A stretch of DNA of 64,000 nt, taken from the NCBI GenBank assembly GCA_043228905.1, contig JBHGNT010000014.1, positions 12,834,001 through 12,898,000 of the forward strand, given 5' to 3'. The position numbers were made by a program, and so were the translations under genes. Shown one piece after another: positions 31,250 through 42,012 of the stretch. A model generated the notes under the pieces. The model was not told the DNA's origin and searched no databases. It was given only the letters and a program-made list of their open reading frames with translations. The stretch comes from Azolla caroliniana. Its lineage: Eukaryota > Plantae > Polypodiophyta. Numbering within the stretch: the stretch's first letter is position 1; every line of letters starts with the position of its first letter.

Positions 31250-33863
31250 TTGCGTCGATGGCTCATGGAGAAACGCTTGGATGGATACATCAGAGTCGCC
31301 GAGGCACCTCCCCACCCTGATGCACTGGCCATCGCTAGGAAGCTCAATATCGACACGGTCACCAACACATCCATCCAGAAAAAGCTTGACCTGTCATCAC
31401 TAAGAGAAAGGCATTTCGAAATTCCTCATGTGGAAACTTTGCAGAGATATTTCGGGCCATATTCGGTGTCCGCCAAGGCACATAGAACGAAGGAAATCCC
31501 TGACCCCTTTTTCCGCAAAATAGCCAAGTTCCTGTTGGAGGTCGGATGCGTACATGTAAATGCATATGGGATGCCCAAGCAGAAGGCAGGTATCATCATT
31601 GATACCTTTGAAGGGTGCACGGTCGATTGGGGGGTCATTACGGGACCAACATTACGGGAAGGCCTGCACACATATCAAGGAGGCAAAAAGCTCAAGCCTA
31701 TCATACAACAGTTTATGAGGATACTATTCCAACCCCAAGGATTGCCGGCACCACAGCCCAGCAAACCCACGCCGCCGCCACAATCCGCGAAGCGAAGGTT
31801 AGTGGAGTTGGCCACCACAGAGTGGGAAGATGAACCCCAATCAGCCCAGACAAACATGTGAACAACACAGGAAGAATGGGCGGAGCGCAGCGAGGAAGCC
31901 GCATAGGAGCTAGAAGCCCAAGGAAGCCCAAGGCTGAAACGGCAGAGGCTGGACAGGAAAGATGGGCACGGGTTAGTTAAAGACAGACTCGCGGTCACAA
32001 AGACGACGACCGTGGTCGACGGCTCCGTATCTATGGAGCCCAACACCACCTTCGAAATAATCCGGGAACCATGGTCGATCATTACGACCTAGTCATAGCA
32101 GGGGAAAGGAGTATTTATGGCGGAAAGCGAGGTCCTAGCGTACTCGGACATTCCAGACACGGCCATGAGTTCGGCGCACTATTACAGTTCGGAACCACTT
32201 TTGAACTCATGGAATTTTTGGCAACACAACAAATAAAGTCTCACAACGAATGGCCAAGGAGCACGAGGTGCGCCAAATGATCGAGCGCACGCTAATACAA
32301 ACGGCGGAAAGCGATGATGAGGAGTAGTTAGCCAGAGTCGCCAGACAGTGGAACGCTGATATATTCTGAATGGGGATGGAACTACCCCCATTAAACGTGG
32401 CCCTTGTTGAAGTTCACAGGGAACTGGTGAGGGTCAATATGGGCACCAAGGATATAGTGATTAAAAATAAAAATGTTTGGAAGACTGTTAAACTGACCCA
32501 AGCCAAGCTACAAAAGGCCAACGCACGCATCGCGGAGTTGGAACGTAACGCGACTACGACACAGCAAGTAGCTCAACCAACAGCCAACATCGCCGATGCC
32601 CTAAGAGAAGAAATTGAAGCCCAGATTGCCATTGCCTCGAAAGCAAAATGGGTCGTGCAACTGGCGGAATCGGAGATTGACCGTCTCCGCTCCGAACTTC
32701 GCCAGTCCTCGGACAAAGAAAAGGACATCCGGGCCAACGGCCGAAAGGCAGTGAAGACCCTTGAAGAGAAACTCGTAGCGGAGGCAGCACAACACACCTG
32801 CACGAAAGAAGAAAACGATAAACTATGGGAAGAAGCGAAAAAATCAGAAGCGGTGATTACGGGACTTCAGGCTTTATTAGACAAGAAGAAAGCATGGTTC
32901 AACGAGCATCTAGTAGGGAAACAGGAGAGGAGGCATCAACTCGAAATCCGCCTAAACAATGAAATGGGAAAGCTAGAAGAATCACATTCGAAGGAATCTC
33001 AACTATGGGCAGGAATGAGGAGCACGTATGAGGAAGCGGTGGCGGTTAGTAAACAAGAAATCAAGAACCCCAAGAAAACCGTAGAAGAAGCACGCAACCG
33101 TTGCCAAGCAATAATCGACAACGTGGGCATACTTCTTCAAACAAATCGGGAGAGGTTTATGACGCAATTAAAAGCGGCGCTAGATAAAGGCTAGACGGCA
33201 TGGGCCGCACAAGTGGCGGAATTGCATACATATTGGGCGGACTGGGAGAACCGAAGGGAAGACGGCCGAGGGTTCTACAAACTCAATGAGGAAAGCATTG
33301 CAACAGTACACGAGGACCTAGCGCAGGACTATCGCACACTAGCGGACCAACACTCCGAGGAACTCGCGCAGCTACTAGACGATTTTGGCGAAAGTCAGGT
33401 GGACCTATTTCACCAGATCATGCAAGCCGGCAGCACGTGAACAAACGAGGAATCCATCGCGATACCAATTCTGGATACTGCCAAACAAGAGGAACCTCAG
33501 CCCATGTCACTGGAAATAACCGCTACGGTGGACAGCATGGAACGGCAAGCGGAGCCCCCCGTGATACCAGAAAGCGAAACCGCCGACCAAGAGGAACCCC
33601 AACCCCACTCACCGGAGCGTACGACTATGGCCGACACCACGGAGGAAGTTACAGACGAGATAGAACCTCGACCTACCGCGAGCCTGCCAACAGTTGAACC
33701 AACCACAATAGCACAAGATGAGCTAGTAGAGTCCGGACCGCCCACACAAGAAACCATCAACACTATGGGACAACGCAACGACGCGCCTACGGACACTACA
33801 CCGTCCCCAGACCTGGACACTGGAGCAAAACCAAACATCAGGGCCATTTTGGAGGAAGATTAA
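31250..33863 (+). pseudogene. Sense extra ORF between pol and 3' LTR: globular N-terminus, long coiled-coil, acidic P/T-rich tail
   Basis: Pieces 31250-31861, 32370-33194, 33213-33440, 33504-33863 (last three share a frame); heptad-like E/K/L/A composition. Confidence 0.7.
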
Positions 33864-33910
33864 AGGGGTGGGTCCGATGTGCCATGGGACTATCCCACAA
33901 GCATGCCATG

Positions 33911-34379
33911 TGTTGTCCGCCGGAATAGTAACCGACGGACAGGAGCGCAGAAATATAGAATATAGTAAAAACGTAACGCATGTAAACGGTTCACGCGGGA
34001 AGCGTGAATGGCTAAAAGACCCTATGTATATAAAGGGAAGAAATCCTCTGATAGAGGTAACGTGTAATTTTGAATGCAGAAAGCGTATCTTAATAGAGTT
34101 CTATCTTCTTTGATCCCTGTGCGTATCTGTGGTTAATCTACTGTGTGTTTGTGATTCTTGGTGGCGTAGCATAATCGTAAGAGCGTAGGCGTGAGTGACA
34201 GTGTGGTTACTAGTGCACGGTCTAAGGAGTTCAGTTGTAGCCGTTTCCCTTATACACTACTAGGATACAGGAGTTATCCCATTAAGTATTACAGTACGAC
34301 AGTACCATTCATTGCAACGCAGTCACTTTGAGGTCTAGGTCGAAGGACTGATTGTAGACCGTGTTCCTAATCGGTAACA
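33911..34379 (+). repeat. 3' LTR of Athila/Tat-like element
   Basis: Direct repeat of 9429-9897, followed by GGAGC. Confidence 0.92.
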
Positions 34380-34659
34380 GGAGCTGGCAATCGGCAACCG
34401 GACGCAGACCGGACGGATCGGATGGGCGATGGTCGAGATGGACGGATGATAGGATCATGCGGCGAATTAAAGTAAAGTAAAGTAAAGGCGATGTGGACGC
34501 ATGCAACCAAAAGTAAAGGCGAAGCAACTAAAAAAGGAGGCCATGCAACTAAAAGTAAAGGCGAAGCAACTTAAAAAGGTAGAGGCCATGCAGCTAAAAT
34601 CAAGCTTTATGTAAAGAGAAGAATGGACCTTAGGGGATGAAAACCATCTTTTGGGAAAA

Positions 34660-34930
34660 AAAACCCTAGATTTTCTTATTGAATCCATCTCTCACATTAT
34701 CCCTAATTTTCTTATCTGATGTATCCCTCGAGGAAGCCATAAACCCTAATTTTCCTTACGGAATCTATCTCTCACATAAAATCTAATTTTCCTTATGGAA
34801 GCTATCTATCAAAAACCCTAATTTTCCTTACGGAAGCCATATCACCCAAAAACCTTAATTTTCCTTACGGAAGCCATATCTCTAAAAAACCCTAATTTTT
34901 CTTATTTATTAATCTCTTTAAACCTAAACT
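34660..34930 (+). repeat. Degenerate ~35-40 bp tandem array (AAACCCTAATTTTCCTTACGGAA) within solo LTR
   Basis: About seven recognisable units. Confidence 0.8.
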
Positions 34931-35571
34931 TCTGTATTCCCAAATTTGGGATAGATTGTAATTTTTCTTTTTCATTGGTAATGAAAAATATCAAACTTTG
35001 TCATTTCGATTAATTGTTAAAAGTATAAACGCACAAATGTGATATCCTCTAGTCAGAGGCCCCGAGGTCCTGCCTCAAGTTCACATGTCCTTGTTGTATT
35101 TTCGCAACACTAGGGATGCCGGTTTCTTCGTTTCTAGTTCTAGTGTCGGTAGATTTTCCGAATCGTCATCGTCTAGGTCTTCCGAGGTGTCGTGATTGCT
35201 TTGGTAGTTGGATTGAACGTTGTGCTCCCTGTCCGAATCCGATTCAATCGCCGAGAACGCCCCTGAAACTCCCTCACCCACCACGAGGGTCTATAGGATG
35301 GATTCCACATTCCGCAAACTGCTCAAACTGCTTCCTTCGTCCGGGTATGGATTGTGCTGTAACCGGAGTGACTCCTCCACGACCCGCCGAATCACGCTGG
35401 AGAAAGATCGATCGGATCGGATCTCCTCAGCCACCTGGTGGTAAGACTCCCGCCTTTGCAATCTCTCAGTTAGTCTTCTCGCTCATTCGGCGACTGGGTC
35501 GTTTGTTGGCCTAGTCATCCATCCCCCCACTGTTTGCTGCTTGTTGCAATAATTGTGGTCGCCAAATTATG

Positions 35572-36024
35572 TGTTATTCTTGGGCCGGACTAGCCTCTAA
35601 CACAAGGTGTCCCTTTGGAACACTTCACCAAAGGGTGGTTACGGTAAGGGATTCAACACTTAACAACCATAACCGGTTGTCTTCTGGTTCGGTATTTGTA
35701 TTCACAACACACCTAAAGTACACGCATAAGATTCATACATTGAGCGCAGAATAGAATAGCATATGAAGATCCACAAGATATAATAACAAAACTTCCTTAT
35801 ATTAATATTCCGTCCCTTAATACATCGATACTCAGATCCTTTTATAGGCATCTGATTCTGTGTTACAAAACAGTGCCTAATTGGCAACTGGCTATGAATC
35901 AGTTCGGATTCGGATCGGCATACCTATTCCGGATCCGTCTGTTCCTCTAATTAATAATATTATTTTATATTTGGAAACCAGCTTGCCCCTTCCTCATTAC
36001 ATACTTGGCTGCCAACGGCCAACA
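35572..36024 (-). repeat. 5' LTR of outer host element
   Basis: TGTTGGCC...TAACA followed by TGGCGACCAC PBS. Confidence 0.8.
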
Positions 36025-36827
36025 TTAACTACGTTGTGTTGTACTTATTAATACTTCAATATCTACATTTGTTTGTACATTAGACCAAGTTCATGGTATA
36101 CATTCACACCCCGTGTTCACACACACCCGAAGGAACTTTCTCCTAGTGGCCGGAATTCTTCATGACATTGGCTCAAACGCCGACCATCGGAGGATGCTGG
36201 TACTACGTCACCTTCATCGATGACTCCTCGTGCTATACATGGATCTTCCTGATGAAGAAGAAGAGCGAAGTGCTCTCACACATCCAAAAGCTCAAGAACC
36301 AAGTTGAAAAAGGAACCAGACAACACATTCGATGCCTACGATCAGATGGAGGCAAGGAGTACTTCTCCGATGAATTCATCTCCTACCTCCAAGGTGAAGG
36401 CATTCGAAGAGAATTTTTGTGCCGATACACACCCAAAAAAATGGAGTAGCCAAAAGAAAGAATCGGCACATACTCGAGGTAGCATGCGCCATGATGCATG
36501 AGAAGCACATGCCGAATTTCTATTGGGCCGAAGCGGCATCCACAACAGTCTATCTCATGAATCGGTGCACCACAAATGAACTGCATGAGCTAACTCCATA
36601 CGAGATCTTTGTTGGAAGGAAGTCAATCCTTTCACACCTCAAAGTGTTCAGAAGCATTGCGGATGTATGCATCCCGAACAAAAAATGATAGAAGCTCGAC
36701 GCGAAGTCGAAGAAATGTATCCTCGTAGGATACTCATCCTAGAAAAAGGGATATAAGTGCTTCAACCCCGAGCAGTTCGGATGAGTCGAGACATAGTTTT
36801 CGACGAATCCGCATCATGGTATATGTC

Positions 36828-36900
36828 ATAATATGGCAAGACTCGAACCCATGTCCTTATGTTACATGGGTCAAGCTCTTGACCATTAAACTATATGTTG
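36828..36900 (-). ncRNA. Degenerate tRNA-like module (A box/B box) at the very start of the chromovirus 5' LTR
   Basis: TAGTTTAATGGTCAAG...GGACATGGGTTCGAGTCTTGCC with canonical 73-nt tRNA spacing. Confidence 0.6.
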
Positions 36901-37318
36901 TAATATGAAGAATATTATTTTCATTTAAGTTTTACTATAGAAAATTGATTTATATTCCAGATTTCTCTGGAACATTCTAGAAACTTCAAGAGTACTCCTG
37001 AGAATGCTATAAAAGGAGGCACAAGGCATTATTTCGAACCAAATTGGTTCAACGCCAGTCTTAATCCTACTAGCCATCCTTGTATATTCTTTTCACATAA
37101 GATATCGCTATCATCATCATTCTCTCTCTCTCTCTCTCTCTCTCCTTCTCTCGAGTGTTCTACACCCTCTTTTCCTCTTAGTATTAATTTCCTCTCTGTC
37201 TCAGTACTATTCGTGATAGTTTGAACCGATTTTCCTCACCTCTTTCGTCCTCTTCCTTTTATCTTCTTACGTTTCCCTCCCTTCATACTAATATCTTATT
37301 CCTCTTTCCTCTCATCCT

Positions 37319-38057
37319 ATGGCCATTGTTAGCACTCAAGAATATCAATCCGTTTTCTCGGAGCTGCAATGCTTGAAAGAGAAGTTCCTTGCTTTGGAAC
37401 AAGAAAATCAACAGTTGTTGGGGGATCTTCAACAAATCTCCTTAGAAAAGCAACAGACGCAACAACAACATGGGGAACTAGTGTTACGTGTGCAACAACT
37501 CGAAGCAACCATAACAACGATGCAACAACAAGGACCCAGTACGCAAGGGATTCATAAAGAACCCAAGATCGGCCTTCCCATGAAATTCGATGGAACGCGA
37601 TCGCAATTTAGAGGATTCCTTAATTAGGTACGATTAATCATTCAAATGCATCCTTCCCGATATCCCACTGATGCATCACGAGTGGGTTTAGTAGGCACGT
37701 TCTTAAGTGGCTCAGCTTTGGCATGGTTCACTCCGTTGTTAGAAAAGGAATCTCCTTTACTAAGCAATTTTGATGAGTTTTTACACTACACGTCATCGCG
37801 GACCATTAGCGGAAGAAGAAAAACAGCGATGCCGAGCAAATCAACTATGTCTTTACTGCGGTGGACCAGGGCATATTGCAGTGAAATGTCCCCATAGGCC
37901 AAGAAGACAGGTAAACCAAATAGTTGCTAGTTCTAAGTGTACTAAACCCGAGTCTATTTCAGTAGGAATATCTGATAGTCCTAATAGTACTAATAGCCCA
38001 AATCTATCGAACAAATTTGATGTCCTTAGTCAGTTAGAAGAAAAGTTAAACGACTAA
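37319..38057 (+). pseudogene. gag: Chromovirus gag (internally deleted near 37785)
   Basis: Coiled-coil, PMKFDGTRSQFRGF, LSGSALAWF, CLYCGGPGHIAVKC. Confidence 0.85.
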
Positions 38058-38083
38058 GTCCAGCCAAAATAGGAGTCGTTTGG

Positions 38084-41000
38084 TTGGACATCCCTAGATC
38101 TGTGCAACCCATTAGTGGTTCCATTCCCTCTAAGCAAGCTAGCAATGCGTTCTTAGCCCAAGTAATAGTTAGTACTAAAAGTACCTCTCCAATACATGTC
38201 TCAACACTCCTAGATTCCAGAGCTAATTCTTGCTTCATGGATAGGAATTTTGCCCAAGCTCATCAGATATCCCTAAAAAAACTCCCGTGTCCAGCCTCTG
38301 TAGTAGTCATTGATGGTTGTCCCATTGCTTCCAAAAATATCATAGAAGAGTCAGAGCCTGTTAATATTGTCCTAGATAATTTAGCGTGTGTAGTATCATT
38401 TAATATAATTAGTAGTCCAAATCATCCTATTGTCTTGGGGTTACCATGGTTTGAATTACATAGCCCAGACATAGATTGGAGAACAAGAGAAATCCGGTAT
38501 CGACAAATCCGAGGATCTACTCATAAGATCGCAACCATTTCGCTACATCAATTGCGTGAGGAAGGACACAAGGAAGCAAACTTTGTCTTCGCGGTATCAG
38601 TAAAACCTTCCAACACTACTAAAGAGGAATCCACAGTTCAACTTCCAGAGAAGTATCGTCAGTATGCCGATGTGTTCGATAAGGTAAAAGCCAATACGCT
38701 TCCTCACCACCAACCGTATGATTGCCCCATCAATTTACAACCAAGAAAAGAGCCTATATAGAGGAGAATTTTGCAAACGGTTTCATTCGACATTCGAAAC
38801 CTCCAACTGGCGCACCCATTTTCTTCTTCAAGAAAAAGGATGGATCACTTCGTCCCGTTGTAGACTATCGCGGCTTGAATAAGATCACCATGAGGAATAG
38901 GTATGCACTTCCCCTTATCTCAAGTCTTTTAGAACAAATCAATGGTGCAAGGTTCTTCACAAAGATCGACTTACAAGGAGCATATAACTTCGTACGGATC
39001 CAACTAGGAGATGAATAGGAAGATTGCGTTTCGCACCAGATATGAGCACTTCGAGTATACAGCCATGCCATTTGGCCTCACTAATGTGCCAACAGTCTTC
39101 CAGCACATGGAAAATGATATATTCCGAGATCTCTTGGATGTTTTCTTTATCATCTCTTTGGATGATCTACTGGTTTATTCAAGGACCCAAGAAGAGCATG
39201 ATTCTCATGTACTATTAGTACTAAAATGACTTCGAGAACATGGTCTTTATACAACCAGGTAGAATTTCTGGGCTATGTCATTTCCTCGAAAGTCATCTCC
39301 ATGGATCCAGATAAGGTCAAAACTGTGGTAGAGTGGCAGACTCCGCGTTCGTTGCGAGATGTGCAATGCTTTTTAGGCTTTGCCAATTTCTACCGCAAGT
39401 TTATACAAGATTACTCAAAGCGTGTTCTGCCTCTCACATAGCTTACCAAAAAGGGACAATCGTTCATTTGGTCTGAAGAAGCAGACATGGCTTTTGAGAG
39501 TCTTAAGAAGGCATTTACATCAGCTCCTAGTCTAGCTCATGTTGATTCAGAAAAACCATTCATCATTGAAGCAACCACGTCGGATTTCGCCTTGGGTAGC
39601 ATTTTAACACAACAAGGCGATGATGAAAAGCTACATCCTGTGGCTTTCCACTCACGCAAGTTTCACGCCTCTGAAATCAACTATGAAATTCATGATAAGG
39701 AGCTATTAGCAATAGTGGACTCTTTTACACAATGGAGGCATTTTCAAGGGGATCTTCTCATCAAGTCACCGTATTCAGTGATCACAAAAACCTTGCCTAC
39801 TTTCAGAATGCTCATGTGTTAAATCGACGTCAAGCTCGGTGGGCCCAATTCCTCACTCGTTTCGACTTCAAAATAACATATCATCTGGGGAAGCAACAAG
39901 GGAAGGCATATGCATTATCACAACGCTCGTATCTAGCATCGTGTCCTGGCGAGCCAGCTTTCGATAACCAAAAGCAAGTAATATTGGGACCGGCTCGACT
40001 GCAAGCAATGCAGGTGTTACGGGCATGACCATATAATATCCCGTGGTGAGATTTTACCATAGTATTCTATACACGTGGATAAGTGTGAGGGTTAAACGAG
40101 TGTAAAGAAGTGGAGGATTACTTTTAATCCTTGAGATGGAGAAAACCCATTAGCCCACGCGTGAACTTGCTTGGGGGCCTTGGGTATCGCTATAAATAAG
40201 AGGCCTAGCTACCCTCATTTCATCATCTTTTGACTACGTCGAGACTCTGCTCTTGTGGTAGGTCAACTCTTGTAGCGAGCACGCTAGCACCAGGTACGAC
40301 TCGACGCCACGGCGGTGGTATGGGACGTCGATCGAGGCTCGAGTCCGTCTCGATCCCTTCCCTCGGGAGTGGTCGGGTGGATTGGCACCCTTCTTTCTCT
40401 CTCTCCTTTCTTATTTATCTATCTAACATCCTTATCTCATGCTTACATTAGATCATATCTCTAATAGCAGGTCTTCGGTATGCCCTTGGATTCCCACGTT
40501 ATCGATACCATACGTGAGGACTTGAAGACAGATGCTTTCACCCAAGCCATTCTAGCACAAATTGATCCCTCTCGAGCATCTTGTTCAGTCGCAATAACTA
40601 GGTACGGACTATCGACAATTCGAATGTCATGATGGATTACTATTCTTTAAGAAACTCTTGTATGTTCCTAATGGTTCTTGTCGCCTTCAAGTAATCCAAA
40701 ACTGTCATGACACATATACAATTGTGCATTTTGGTAGTACTAAAACATTAGATTTAGTACAACAATCACTCTGGTGGCCCAATATGCGACAATTTATCGA
40801 AGATTTTGTTCGTACTTGTGACACATGTTGCACAGCAAAAATGCCAAGGCATTATTCATATGGTTTATTAGAACCGTTACCAATTCCAAGCAAGTTGTGG
40901 CAATCCATTGCTCTAGATTTCATCATAGATTTTCTAGTCTCTAAGGGATTTGATGCGATCTTAACAGTATAGATCGATATACGAAGATGGCCCATTTTCT

Positions 41001-42012
41001 GCCATGTACTAAGGAAATCTCCAATGAAGAAACTGCCGAAACTGTCTTGCGTGAAGTATGTCGGCAACATGGTCTTCCAAATAGTATCATCAGCAACCGT
41101 GGACCCCAGTTCATCTCGAAATTCTGGAAGCACCTCTTTAAAATGCTCAAGGTCACTTGTAACCTCTCGTCCGGCTACCACCCGCAAACAGACGGCCAAG
41201 CAAAACGAACAAATCAATCATTGGAGCAGTATCTTCAGTGCTTTCTAAGCTATCATCAAGATGACTGGGCGGATATTCTCCACTTCGCCGAATTTGCGTA
41301 TAATAACTTTGTCCACTCATCGACAAAGGTTACACCATTTTATGTTTATACGGGCTGTCACCCCCGGTTGTGTGTATTTGAAACCCTAGAGTTACCCACA
41401 AATCCTTGCGGAGAGGATTGTTTGGAACGGTTATGCAAGATACAAGCGAATTTATCTACTCATCTACAACAAGCTCAACAAACACACAAGGTTTACGTGG
41501 ATCGTCATCAGCTTCCATCTAGTTTTAACATTGGAGATCGAGTATGGCTACTACGACGACACATCAAGACTACTCGCCCATGCGAGAAGTTGGATTATCG
41601 GCGATTAGGTCCTTTCCGTATTATCGGAAAAATTAATGATGTCGCTTTTTGTCTCGATCTACCTCCGCAACTTCGGATACATCCGGTGTTTCATAGTTCT
41701 CTCCTCGAACCCTATCAAGATAGCAACATCTCATGTCGTATTAAACAACCTCCACCCCCGATTGAACTTGAAGATGGACCTGAGTACGAGATTGTTGCCA
41801 TCCTCGATTCCAAGATTGTTCGTAACAAGCTCTACTATTTAGTCAATTGGCTAGGATATAGTCCCAACGAGCGTACTTGGGAACCAATAGAGAATGTGAC
41901 CAATGCGTGTGCTCTTCTTGAAGACTTCCATCGTCAATATCCAAACAAATCGGGTCCTCAATCCAAAACGACTCGTGACACTCGTCGTTTTAAAGGGGGG
42001 ATAGTGTCATGA
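38084..42012 (+). pseudogene. pol: Chromovirus pol (PR-RT-RH-IN-chromodomain), disrupted
   Basis: [48 protein letters not shown]...YLVNWLGY...TWEP. Confidence 0.9.
40015..40466 (+). repeat. Solo LTR (452 bp) inserted in chromovirus pol
   Basis: TGTTA...TAATA termini, TATAAATA box, perfect 5-bp TSD GCAGG (40010-40014, 40467-40471). Confidence 0.88.

Larger units (their letters stand above)
9429..34379 (+). mobile_element. Athila/Tat-like (non-chromoviral) Ty3/gypsy with 3' extra ORF, degenerate; hosts elements B, A and C
   Basis: LTRs 9429-9897 and 33911-34379 (TGT...ACA, similar but diverged), 5-bp TSD GGAGC, Arg-type PBS TGGCACGC at ~9902, gag-PR-RT-RH-IN at 25870-30870. Confidence 0.92.
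8898..35109 (+). repeat. Solo LTR (~1.25 kb; pieces 8898-9428 and 34385-35109) split by the 25-kb element at 9429-34379
   Basis: Starts TGTCGTGTG with terminal hairpin, ends CGCAACA; flanks CCAG/CTAG are a 4-bp duplication that restores the host gag frame; GC-rich short repeats continue across the GGAGC TSD. Confidence 0.7.
2180..36024 (-). mobile_element. Degenerate Athila/Tat-like Ty3/gypsy element (outermost host of the nest); 5' LTR, PBS and gag retained, truncated before protease near 2180
   Basis: 5' LTR 36024-35572 (TGTTGGCC...AACA, same termini as LTR at 59684), PBS TGGCGACCAC at 35564-35555; gag pieces at 35470-35110, 8893-8203 and 3259-2180 rejoin when the inserts are removed (KKPASLV|NEPGSDEQ). 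Confidence 0.8.

Noticed and set aside
32370-33194. Host myosin/SMC-like gene
   Set aside because: Intronless, lies between pol and 3' LTR of an element; coiled-coil resemblance is compositional
36025-36160. Possible copia LTR end and PBS (CA-TGGTATAC)
   Set aside because: PBS match too short and no clear similarity to the LTR at 43099
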